Assembly (NCBI GenBank): GCA_045628045.1
Contig: JAZQOV010000001.1
Location: 64,001-128,000 of the forward strand
Length of the DNA stretch: 64,000 bases
Direction of reading: 5' to 3'
Origin: Bacilli bacterium
GTDB lineage: Bacteria; Bacillota_I; Bacilli_A; RFN20; CAG-826
Shown here one piece after another: positions 39,971 through 49,020 of the stretch; positions within the stretch are counted from its first letter, which is position 1, and the number at the start of each line of letters is the position of its first letter. A program made the position numbers and the translations under genes. The notes beneath the pieces are model-generated. The model was not told the DNA's origin. It searched no databases and saw nothing but the letters and a program-made list of their open reading frames with translations.

Positions 39971-41797
39971 TTATTTGTTTCTTACTCCAGGATATTCCTC
40001 ATCTGAAGGTTCGTTTTCATCTTCGAGATATGGAGTATATGGTGGATAAGCGATGTATGAAGGTGAATTGTATATAATTTGAGTTTGTGTTTGATACATA
40101 CGTGCTGCCTTCTTGTCATGCTTTTCAATACGTTTAACCATCTTATTGTTGACTTTAAGTCTATGTGCAATGATTGCGTAGATAATTCCAAGCACGATCA
40201 TTTCAAGATAAACATATGATGCAACAAAGCAGTTTGTTTTAACAGTAACTGTTGAGTCTTTTATAACGTTTGCGTATGTTTGATATTTTGAAGACAATCT
40301 ACCTGCAACTGTATCTACAAGTTTTGGCATCATCTTGCTAAAAGCAACAGTTAAGACAACACCGAGTAAAAGTTCAATGAATGCAAAGACATAAACAACC
40401 CATAATTTGGTCCAGCATTTTTCCTTCTTGAATAAACGAATGAAGGTAATTAATCCAAATAACACCCACGGGAATGCTAATAATGCAAAGTAGGCTGTGA
40501 AGATAAGTGGAGTTACTTTTCTAACAGATTTTTGTGTAATTCTATTGATTGTTCCCATTGGAAGTAAACCTTTGATCTTTTCTTGTACAGTCAAGATTAA
40601 TTTACTTTCTTCTGCTGCTGATGTTTCTCTATCAACGACTTCGTCTCTTTTTATTGATTTAGTGACTGGAGTTTTGAAGTAGTAATCCATCAAACCAATT
40701 AAAGCAGCATCAATATTAAGGATAATAATTTCATAATATTCGGTATTTGGATCAAATGATTGTCCTTCAGCACCGACTACTTTTTGGTATTCATTGCCGA
40801 CTTTAACATAGAAGTTTTGTGTAGCTTCGCTAATCAAACCAGTTGGTTGTGGTTCTGCTACTCTATAGTCTGTAAGGCCAGGCATTGTTTGAAGAGCTTG
40901 AACCATCTTATTTTCAATGTCGGTTGTGTCAACATCTTCATAGTCAATGGTTTCAAATCCTGGGACTTCTTTTTCTTGCATATCTTGAAGAACACCGAAG
41001 ACACCAGCGCCGTATTTTACTTCGTAATAAGTTGTACCTGGATCGAATGAATTTCCGGTGAATTTCACATATTCTTCGCCATTTTTTACAAAGTAAGAAT
41101 GTGAAGCATGAACAGCATCTGTTGGTTGTGGATCTGCAACAACATAGTCACTTGTACCAGCTAATACCTTTGATAATTCGGCAACAGATGTTGTTTCTTG
41201 AGAATCGAAGAGGTCATAGGCATTTTGAACAATTTGATTAACTGTGTCTGCATCAGCAATTGGTTCTTCTTGACCGGAGCTACTATCAAAGTAATTGTGA
41301 ATTTGGTTTTGCATTTGGTCAGTAATGACTTCAGCAGCAACTTCCATAGCAACAGCTTTAATAACAACTTTAAGTCTTGGTGTAACGACTTGTGCTAATG
41401 TGTAAGAAATATTATCGATATTCCTATCGACGAATTCTTTAAATACAGCTTCATTTCTTGGGTGGAAACAAGAACCAACCTCTAATTCGATTGTGAATTT
41501 TTGGTTTTTGACTGCTCCAACACCAGGAGTTGTATCTGTACCATAAACAATTCTTTCAGCGCTTAACTTATTTAAGATGTCGATTTCTTCATCTTCTGTT
41601 AAACGGTAAATAGCTTTTTCTTCTTTGGTACGATTTGTTGGGATACCATTGTCGACAAGCATTTGATAAAGATTACCTTCACTAAAATTAAGGTTAAGAT
41701 CAACCTTCATTAATGGAAAAAGCCCTAAGCTGATTGCAGCAAAAACGGCACATCCAAGGAAGATAACGTTGAATATACGAACTAACATTTTTCTCAT
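39971..41797 (-). CDS. Hypothetical membrane protein with a large extracellular domain and two internal repeats
   Basis: One N-terminal TM, about three C-terminal TMs, SD GAGGG; family not recognised. Confidence 0.8.
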   Translation of the reverse strand: MRKMLVRIFNVIFLGCAVFAAISLGLFPLMKVDLNLNFSEGNLYQMLVDNGIPTNRTKEEKAIYRLTEDEEIDILNKLSAERIVYGTDTTPGVGAVKNQKFTIELEVGSCFHPRNEAVFKEFVDRNIDNISYTLAQVVTPRLKVVIKAVAMEVAAEVITDQMQNQIHNYFDSSSGQEEPIADADTVNQIVQNAYDLFDSQETTSVAELSKVLAGTSDYVVADPQPTDAVHASHSYFVKNGEEYVKFTGNSFDPGTTYYEVKYGAGVFGVLQDMQEKEVPGFETIDYEDVDTTDIENKMVQALQTMPGLTDYRVAEPQPTGLISEATQNFYVKVGNEYQKVVGAEGQSFDPNTEYYEIIILNIDAALIGLMDYYFKTPVTKSIKRDEVVDRETSAAEESKLILTVQEKIKGLLPMGTINRITQKSVRKVTPLIFTAYFALLAFPWVLFGLITFIRLFKKEKCWTKLWVVYVFAFIELLLGVVLTVAFSKMMPKLVDTVAGRLSSKYQTYANVIKDSTVTVKTNCFVASYVYLEMIVLGIIYAIIAHRLKVNNKMVKRIEKHDKKAARMYQTQTQIIYNSPSYIAYPPYTPYLEDENEPSDEEYPGVRNK

Positions 41798-41851
41798 ATT
41801 TTTACCCTCTTCTCAAATAATATTGTAGTAATAATATACATTATTGTTTCT

Positions 41852-43180
41852 TTATTGTCCACTAATTGCCATTTTTTTGATTAAAATTGATGGGCAAGAC
41901 ATTTGGTTACCAATAACCAATTTAGAGTTATTAGCAACAACTTTAATGTTATTAAAAACATTTATTAGGTTATCAGCGACAGTAATAAGTGACAATGGTT
42001 CTGCCTTTTTTCCATTTCTAATCATAAAACCGCTACATTGAAGTGAAAAATTTCCTGAACTTGCATTCATGCCTGAATGAAGACCTGCCAATTCTGTTAA
42101 ATAAACGCCTTCTTCAATTTCAGAAAGCATTTCCTCTTCGGTTTTACGCCCTGGTTTTACAATAACATAACCAACATCAGCACTTGCCTTTCCTTTGCCA
42201 TAACCGTTACCGGTTGGCTCAACTTTATCTTTAATTGCAGTTTGCAATGTGTACAAGTATGTTGAAATAACACCTTTATTGATTAAATATTTTTTGTTAG
42301 TGGCGACTCCTTCGTCATCAAAATATCTAAAGAAAATATTTTTCTCTAATGGATTTTCGATAACAGTAAGTTTTTTTGATAAAACTTGTTGATTTAATTT
42401 TCCCTCGAATAAGGAAGTGTGTTTTTGTATTTCTTCTGCATCTAATGAACTTATTAAAAAGCTAAGTAATGTTGAAGCTGCATCAGGATTTAAAACAACA
42501 GGGTATTTTTTGGATTTACATTGGACTGATCCAAGTTTTGATAAAGCTTCATTTGCAACTTTTTTAACAAATTCGTCAATGTCAAATTCTTCAGGATCTG
42601 TTGACACAAAAGCGTCATAGCCTGTACGAATCTCACCATTTTCTTTTGCAGTAACTTCAGCAAAATATGAATAATTAGCAACCTTTTGTGAAAGTTTTAA
42701 ACCATAAGAATTTGACTTCTTCATACAGGTATATGATTGTTCATATCCGACAGAAACAACCTCATTTATTCTGCTATCAAATTTGAGTAATTTTTCCTCA
42801 ATTTTGAGCAAAATATCCACCTTTTCACGGGTATTTTCATCTAAAACAGCTTTATTAAAAATTGATTTTTTGTGATATTTTTCACTACCTTTAAAAATGG
42901 AAACTGGATCATTATTTTCAATTAAAGAAGCTGTTCTTTTTATTGTGTTTATTAGAAATTCAGGAGCCTCTTTACTTAGAGATTCTGTAGATGCCATTCC
43001 TAATTTTCCATTTATAATTCCGCGTGCAACAAGATTAAAAGATTGACTAGAGGTGAATGAATCTATTTCCTTATGGAAAACAGAAATGGATAATGTAGAA
43101 CTTTCGGTCGATGTTACATCAGCCGATTCAAATTTATTCTCTTTTGCAAGTTCAAAGAATCTTTTTTCATTAAATCTCAT
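41852..43180 (-). CDS. pmbA: TldE/PmbA family protein
   Basis: FDDEGVAT, TGNG, SGNFSL; lacks HExxxH; ATGA overlap with tldD. Confidence 0.85.
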   Translation of the reverse strand: MRFNEKRFFELAKENKFESADVTSTESSTLSISVFHKEIDSFTSSQSFNLVARGIINGKLGMASTESLSKEAPEFLINTIKRTASLIENNDPVSIFKGSEKYHKKSIFNKAVLDENTREKVDILLKIEEKLLKFDSRINEVVSVGYEQSYTCMKKSNSYGLKLSQKVANYSYFAEVTAKENGEIRTGYDAFVSTDPEEFDIDEFVKKVANEALSKLGSVQCKSKKYPVVLNPDAASTLLSFLISSLDAEEIQKHTSLFEGKLNQQVLSKKLTVIENPLEKNIFFRYFDDEGVATNKKYLINKGVISTYLYTLQTAIKDKVEPTGNGYGKGKASADVGYVIVKPGRKTEEEMLSEIEEGVYLTELAGLHSGMNASSGNFSLQCSGFMIRNGKKAEPLSLITVADNLINVFNNIKVVANNSKLVIGNQMSCPSILIKKMAISGQ

Positions 43181-44574
43181 TTTATTTGTCCTCCATTTCC
43201 GCCTACCGTCATTTCACTAACTCTGATTGTTGGTTGCCCGCAATCCACTGGAACGTACCCTGAAGCAGCACCACACATTCCTTGTGCCCTTTCAAGGTCG
43301 TTACCAATCATGTCTATTTTCATCAAAATATCTTGGCCGGTGCCTATTACTGATGCTCCTCTAACTGGTTCGCAAATTTTACCATCGCGAATTAAATAAG
43401 CTTCACTACAACCAAAGTTAAATTCACCTGTTACTGGGTTAACTTGGCCACCTGCGAGTGACTTGGCGTAAAGTCCAAATTTGGTTGCTTTTATAATTTC
43501 TTCAGGTGTAGATTTGCCGGCACAAATGTAAGTATTTGACATTCTTGATGTTGGTTCAAATTTATAAGATTGGCGTCTGCATGCGCCATTGCCTTGGCGC
43601 CCCATACGACGTCCGTTAAAATCGTCAATTAAAAAGTTTTTAAGAATGCCGTTTTCGATGAGAAGAGTCTTTTCTGTTTTGTTTCCTTCGTCATCAATAT
43701 TATTGCTTCCCCAAGCATTTGGGATGGTTCCATCATCAATAGCAGAAAGTATTGGAGATGCGATTTGTTTTCCTAATTTATCCGCGAAAACTGACAAATT
43801 TTTCGAAACTGCCGATGCTTCTAGCGGATGTCCGCATGCTTCATGGAAAAGAGTTCCGCCAAATCCGTTTCCAATTACAACAGGCATTTTTCCACTTGGG
43901 CATTCTTTAGCTTCGAGCATCATAATTGTTTTTTCAGCAACAGATTTTGCAATCTTTTTAATGTCAACCTTAGATTCAAAAAACTCAAAACCAGCGCTTG
44001 CTCCTGGACCTTCAAAACCTGTTTCGATTTTGCTTTGATCTACAGCTTTGCATGAAATTCCAACCCTTCCTCTTTCTTTCTTATCGAGGTGGTTAAAACC
44101 TTTTGAATTAATTATTTGAATATTTGAAATTTTATAGTTGAATGATACGTTTGATCTAACTATGCGTTTGTCGTAATTCATCAAAACATCACAACCACTT
44201 TTTAGATAATTGATTATTGTTTTGTCATCAATTTCTTCAAATGGTTTTGTACAAACTGAAAGATCTTTTGCTCGTTTCGTTTTTAATTCTTTGACTTCTA
44301 GAATTTGCTTATCCTTAAACGAACAAGCGAGTGATTCGATTAATTTTGTTAGTGATTTTTCGCTTAAATCATTTGTGTAGCCATAAACACTTTGAAGTTT
44401 GTTTAATAATCTAATTCCGGCGCCGGATGCACGTATGACTGCTGAATTTTCGACTTTACCATTTTCAACACTTACGGTGAAAGTTTCTATATTTTCAATA
44501 TAGATTTCAGCATAATCAGCGCCCGTGCACAAACCTTTATTTAAGATTCTAATACCTTGATTTTTACTTAGCAT
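43177..44574 (-). CDS. tldD: TldD family metalloprotease
   Basis: HEACGH.LE, DDEG, SRMSNT, GGQVNP..G.F.F, C-terminal GMCG. Confidence 0.92.
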   Translation of the reverse strand: MLSKNQGIRILNKGLCTGADYAEIYIENIETFTVSVENGKVENSAVIRASGAGIRLLNKLQSVYGYTNDLSEKSLTKLIESLACSFKDKQILEVKELKTKRAKDLSVCTKPFEEIDDKTIINYLKSGCDVLMNYDKRIVRSNVSFNYKISNIQIINSKGFNHLDKKERGRVGISCKAVDQSKIETGFEGPGASAGFEFFESKVDIKKIAKSVAEKTIMMLEAKECPSGKMPVVIGNGFGGTLFHEACGHPLEASAVSKNLSVFADKLGKQIASPILSAIDDGTIPNAWGSNNIDDEGNKTEKTLLIENGILKNFLIDDFNGRRMGRQGNGACRRQSYKFEPTSRMSNTYICAGKSTPEEIIKATKFGLYAKSLAGGQVNPVTGEFNFGCSEAYLIRDGKICEPVRGASVIGTGQDILMKIDMIGNDLERAQGMCGAASGYVPVDCGQPTIRVSEMTVGGNGGQIK

Positions 44575-44585
44575 AGGCTTTCTCC

Positions 44586-46124
44586 TTATTTATAAAATTT
44601 ATATTTATATCTTTTTGTTATTTTAAAATTTAATCTTTGCGAATGAAGAATTCTTTGAATTGCAAATTTGCCCGAAAGCATAGCGATTGGAATTCCGCCT
44701 GGAGTGATTCCCCATTGACTTGCAACGAAAAGATTTTTGATTTTACCAATTTTTCCGTTGTGATTTAGCATCTTTCCCTTCGCAGTGAGCATGAAAGGTT
44801 GGAAACTTCCGTGATAGCTTCTTGTGTATCTTTCAAACGTTTTGTGAGTGCAGACATCAAGTGTTTCAATTTTGTCTTTTAAAATAGGGAATTTTCTCTC
44901 AATTTCTGCTTTAATTTCGTTTGCGATTTGTAACTTCGCATTATTGTATTCATTTTTGTTTGAAAAACTATTCCAAAAATCATAGTCAGAATCAGTTTGA
45001 GAAATCATCACTTGGACAACAGATTTTCCGTCGTTAATAAATGTTTTGTCATAAGAATAATCACGAATCCTAATTGAGTTTTTATATTTATTTCCAACAA
45101 GAAATGGACGAGATTGAAATTCGTATGTTGAGGTTAAATTTAAAGAATCTAAAGATTCTTTATCAATTGCATAATGAACTAGAATGCATGATGGAATTGG
45201 GTAAGCTTTTTCATCATCGATATGTTTATAAAAAATCTTAATTCTTTCTTGTGTATCAAGCAATGAAACTGAGTTAAATGGATCACTTGCTGATACAACA
45301 AAATCAGCATAAATTTTCTCACCGTTTTGTAGTTCAATTCCAATGGCTTTATTTTCCTTAATTAAAATACGTTTTACATCAGAATTATAATGAATAAAAC
45401 CACTATTATTTTCGTATGAACTAACAAGGTTTTTTATTAAGGTATTTGAGCCGCCTTCGAGAACACCGCCATTACCAGATGCAACGGTTCCGTAAGCATA
45501 AAGTGTTGAATAAAGATTAGTGTTATCTGGAATAATGTGTTTGAAGGATTCTCTTATTACTGAAGATTTAAATTTGTTTGCATAATCAGAAGCCATGATT
45601 TTGTTGCACTTAATGTATTGAGGTAAATATTTTAAGGTATCAGTAGCAACCCTAAGTAAGTCACCATAACCCATAAGTGAAAGTGGAACCTCAATTGGGA
45701 GGTGCATGTTTTGGAATAATTTAATGTATTTAATTGTTTTGTGAATTTGGCGAGAATCTTTTGGAGAAATTTCAATTAATTCTTTCTCCAATTTTTCTAA
45801 ATCTGCCCAAAAAGTGACGGTTTTTCCGGCGAATTCGTATGTTCCGAAGTTATCGGTTGATATGATTTGATCATCCTCAAAAGCTTCAAGTTCATCCCAA
45901 AGTCTTCTGATTGGAGAATCGGGTTTTACACCAGTTAACCAATGGATGCAACCATCAATGTTGAAGCCTTTTCTATTCCAACATCTACAAAGGCCACCTG
46001 CCACGGGGTTCTTTTCAAAGATTTCAGTTGTGTAACCATTTTTCTGACCAAAAATTCCAGTCGAAAGACCAGAGATTCCTGCTCCGATAATGATAATTTT
46101 CTTCTGATTTTTTTCTGAAAACAT
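44586..46124 (-). CDS. FAD-dependent oxidoreductase, phytoene desaturase-like
   Basis: IIIIGAGISGL, EKN...GG, F..DGCIHW, C-terminal QW...PGGIP. Confidence 0.82.
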   Translation of the reverse strand: MFSEKNQKKIIIIGAGISGLSTGIFGQKNGYTTEIFEKNPVAGGLCRCWNRKGFNIDGCIHWLTGVKPDSPIRRLWDELEAFEDDQIISTDNFGTYEFAGKTVTFWADLEKLEKELIEISPKDSRQIHKTIKYIKLFQNMHLPIEVPLSLMGYGDLLRVATDTLKYLPQYIKCNKIMASDYANKFKSSVIRESFKHIIPDNTNLYSTLYAYGTVASGNGGVLEGGSNTLIKNLVSSYENNSGFIHYNSDVKRILIKENKAIGIELQNGEKIYADFVVSASDPFNSVSLLDTQERIKIFYKHIDDEKAYPIPSCILVHYAIDKESLDSLNLTSTYEFQSRPFLVGNKYKNSIRIRDYSYDKTFINDGKSVVQVMISQTDSDYDFWNSFSNKNEYNNAKLQIANEIKAEIERKFPILKDKIETLDVCTHKTFERYTRSYHGSFQPFMLTAKGKMLNHNGKIGKIKNLFVASQWGITPGGIPIAMLSGKFAIQRILHSQRLNFKITKRYKYKFYK

Positions 46125-46180
46125 ACGGTTGTTATTATACTCTTAGGCCGAGTTAATATAAATATTTATTATATTTTTTC

Positions 46181-46208
46181 TTGCTTTTGGCGGTTTATAT
46201 GATACGAT
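46181..46208 (+). promoter_or_regulatory. Putative rpmE promoter
   Basis: TTGCTT followed by an extended -10, TG-A-TACGAT. Confidence 0.5.
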
Positions 46209-46262
46209 ATTAGGGCACTTTCTTTAGGAGCCACTAGAGCCCTAAGGCGGAAGGAGTTAATT

Positions 46263-46466
46263 ATGAAAAAAGATATTCATCCAGAAGTTTACGAAGTTGA
46301 AGTTACTTGTGTCTCCTGTGGAGCAAAGTTCAAAACTCACTCAACAAGCAAGGAAATCCACGTCGATACTTGCTCAAATTGCCACCCATTCTATACTGGC
46401 AAACAAAGATTCGTTTCATCTGACGGACGTGTTGATCGTTTCAATAAGAAATACGGAATCAAATAA
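46263..46466 (+). CDS. rpmE: 50S ribosomal protein L31 (Zn-binding type)
   Basis: MKKDIHP.., [20 protein letters not shown]. Confidence 0.97.
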   Translation: MKKDIHPEVYEVEVTCVSCGAKFKTHSTSKEIHVDTCSNCHPFYTGKQRFVSSDGRVDRFNKKYGIK

Positions 46467-46483
46467 GTTAAAAAAACAATTAG

Positions 46484-46516
46484 AAACTCGCGAGAAAATC
46501 GCGAGTTTTTATTTTT
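46484..46516 (+). terminator. Terminator after rpmE
   Basis: AAACTCGCGA-GAAAA-TCGCGAGTTT followed by T runs. Confidence 0.85.
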
Positions 46517-46576
46517 TACATAAGATTTCTTATATACAACTTTATTTTTAAATAAATGCGACTATAATATATGTAT

Positions 46577-48055
46577 ATGAAATCGTGTCGTTTAATTCTC
46601 ATAGCTAGCGTATCAGCCTTACTTTTAGGCGGCTGTGACTTTTCGTCATTACCTGCAATTGGAGAAGAATTACAAATTTCTAATCCACCTTCAAAAACAG
46701 TTTATGTTGTCGGAGAGTCCTTTGATCCAGAAGGAATGGAGGTTGTGCTGAGCAGTCTTTTAAAAAGTGAAGTTGTTACAGACTATACATATGAGCCAAC
46801 CACTCCATTAACCTTAGAAGATGAATATATCACTGTTTTATATGATAAATATTCTGTGCAAACCCCAATTGAAATTAAGGAAGCTGCTGAAAAAGTTTTA
46901 GTAAGCATTGAAATATCAACTCCGCCTTCAAAATTAACTTATATAGAAGGTGAATCATTTGAAACTTCAGGAATGGTTGTTAAAGCTGTTTATTCAACAG
47001 GCGAAAAAGAAACAATTAGCAATTATTCAGTATCATTAACTGGTGCTTTGACTACTTCAGATAATGAAGTTTCAATTACTTACGAAGGAAAAACCGCCAG
47101 AATTTCTATTGTTGTTCAACCAAAATCCGGTGCGGTTCTTCAAAGTATTTATGTAAAAACTCAACCAAGTCAAACCACATACACCGAAGGTGATTACTTT
47201 AATCCAAACGGCATGGTTGTTATGGGCCGATACTCTGATGGAAGTGAATCTCAAATTACTTCTTATACATGCTCACCAACGAGTGCTTTAACTACTTCAA
47301 ATAAAACCATTACAGTAAGTTGTGGTAGTTTTACAGCCACAGTAAATATTACTGTTAACCCAAAACAAGGTGGTTATACTGGTTATTATGAAGAAATTAA
47401 CCCAAACAGTACGAATTTACTTAGCGATTTGCGCTCTTTAAATGGCAAAAAGCGAAAATCAACAGTTGGTTATAAACCAATGCTTAATGATCCTCAACAT
47501 GGTTTCTATTTAACAGACCCAGGAAATGGGCAAAACACTATTACTTCCTTTTATTCAGGCAAAAGTATTAACGGAACTGGTGGTTTAAATAGAGAACATG
47601 TTTGGCCAGATTCTAGAGGCGGCAATTATGTTGACAACGATATTCATATGACTCGTCCAACACTTACAGCTGAAAACGGAAATAGAGGAAATTCCTTCTA
47701 TGTTGAAGGCAAATGCAGCTCTAGTGGTGGATGGGATCCAGCAGCGACATCATTTGGCTTAGAATCCTATCGTGGCGATGCCGCTCGTATTATCTTCTAT
47801 TGCGTTGTTGCATCCAATCAATTGTCGTTAGTCGATACGAACGATGATGATAAAAATAATAAAACAATGGGCAAATTATCTGATTTAATTAAATGGAATT
47901 TAAAATACCCAGTTCTCGAGCGCGAAATGACACGAAATAACGCAGCTGAAAAGCTTCAAGGCAATAGAAATCCATTTATCGATCATCCAGAATTAGTTTG
48001 CAAAATCTGGGGAAACTACAATTCGACTACAAAATCAATATGCGGAGGATATTAA
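46577..48055 (+). CDS. Lipoprotein nuclease: three bacterial Ig-like domains plus an endonuclease I domain
   Basis: Lipobox LLGGC; three P.K..Y..GE.F...GM.V repeats; NREHVWP, N..RGN, RGD.AR..FY, QGNRNPFIDHPE. The start may be 46571. Confidence 0.88.
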   Translation: MKSCRLILIASVSALLLGGCDFSSLPAIGEELQISNPPSKTVYVVGESFDPEGMEVVLSSLLKSEVVTDYTYEPTTPLTLEDEYITVLYDKYSVQTPIEIKEAAEKVLVSIEISTPPSKLTYIEGESFETSGMVVKAVYSTGEKETISNYSVSLTGALTTSDNEVSITYEGKTARISIVVQPKSGAVLQSIYVKTQPSQTTYTEGDYFNPNGMVVMGRYSDGSESQITSYTCSPTSALTTSNKTITVSCGSFTATVNITVNPKQGGYTGYYEEINPNSTNLLSDLRSLNGKKRKSTVGYKPMLNDPQHGFYLTDPGNGQNTITSFYSGKSINGTGGLNREHVWPDSRGGNYVDNDIHMTRPTLTAENGNRGNSFYVEGKCSSSGGWDPAATSFGLESYRGDAARIIFYCVVASNQLSLVDTNDDDKNNKTMGKLSDLIKWNLKYPVLEREMTRNNAAEKLQGNRNPFIDHPELVCKIWGNYNSTTKSICGGY

Positions 48056-48056
48056 A

Positions 48057-48986
48057 ATGAAATTTGGAAAAATCGCACTTCTAACATTAGTTACCTTGGG
48101 TAGTGTTACATTAAGTAGCTGCTACATTGATTTAGGTTTTATTAAAATTGGAACAAAAACCGAAAATGGTGGAGGCGGTGGTAGCACCGTTATTGATGAT
48201 AAAACTCAAAATAATTTAATTTCAAAATATTATTCAGGTCTAAATGATAATCAAAAAGGCACCTCGCTTTTGAACGCACTTTATACATTAAACCTTTCTA
48301 AAAGAAAAACATTAACTGGATATTCAGCAATGGGTTCAACCTCTGGTGGAAAATTCAAGTTTACAGATTTTGACCCAAATTCAACAATTAAAACTGTAAA
48401 AGCCACAATTGATGGAATTAGTGTCGATGTTCCATATGGCTCAAAAGTTTTAAGTTTCTACAGCGGAAAATCCACTGCAACATTCAATAAAGAACACGTT
48501 TGGCCTGCTTCAAGACTCACTGGAGGAAGGGGCAATAATGATTTAGAGGATGATATCCTCATGCCACGCCCAACCATTTCAGAAGAAAACTCTGATCGTG
48601 GAAACTCAGTTTACGTTACAGGAATGTCCACCAGTAATGCTGGTTGGGATCCAGTAACAGCATTTAAGAACACCATAGGTGTTGCTCAAAATATTCGTGG
48701 TGAATGCGCAAGAATTATTTTCTATTGCATGACTGGTGATAATTCATTAGTTCTTAATGACAACACAAATAATAGCGGCAACAATATGGGAAAGATATCT
48801 GATCTTGTTGAATGGGCCTGTGAAAACCCTGTCAATGACAGAGAAAAACGCAGAAATTTAGGAGCCCAATATCTCCAAGGCAACAGAAATGCCTTCGTTG
48901 ATCACCCTGAATACGTTTGTAAGATTTGGGGATCAACAAACTCAAGAACAAAATCAGCTTGTCAAAAAGCAAATTACGCATATTAA
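48057..48986 (+). CDS. Lipoprotein endonuclease I family nuclease
   Basis: Lipobox LSSC; Gly linker; NKEHVWP, NSDRGN, RGECARIIFY, QGNRNAFVDHPE. Confidence 0.88.
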   Translation: MKFGKIALLTLVTLGSVTLSSCYIDLGFIKIGTKTENGGGGGSTVIDDKTQNNLISKYYSGLNDNQKGTSLLNALYTLNLSKRKTLTGYSAMGSTSGGKFKFTDFDPNSTIKTVKATIDGISVDVPYGSKVLSFYSGKSTATFNKEHVWPASRLTGGRGNNDLEDDILMPRPTISEENSDRGNSVYVTGMSTSNAGWDPVTAFKNTIGVAQNIRGECARIIFYCMTGDNSLVLNDNTNNSGNNMGKISDLVEWACENPVNDREKRRNLGAQYLQGNRNAFVDHPEYVCKIWGSTNSRTKSACQKANYAY

Positions 48987-49020
48987 TTTTTAATTAATTC
49001 GAGAACAAGGAGTACCTCAT

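Noticed and set aside
46577-48986. Tandem nucleases as an anti-phage defence or toxin-immunity pair
   Set aside because: Both carry lipoprotein signals and nuclease motifs. No immunity gene, ATPase, methylase or mobile context is present, so extracellular scavenging is the simpler explanation.
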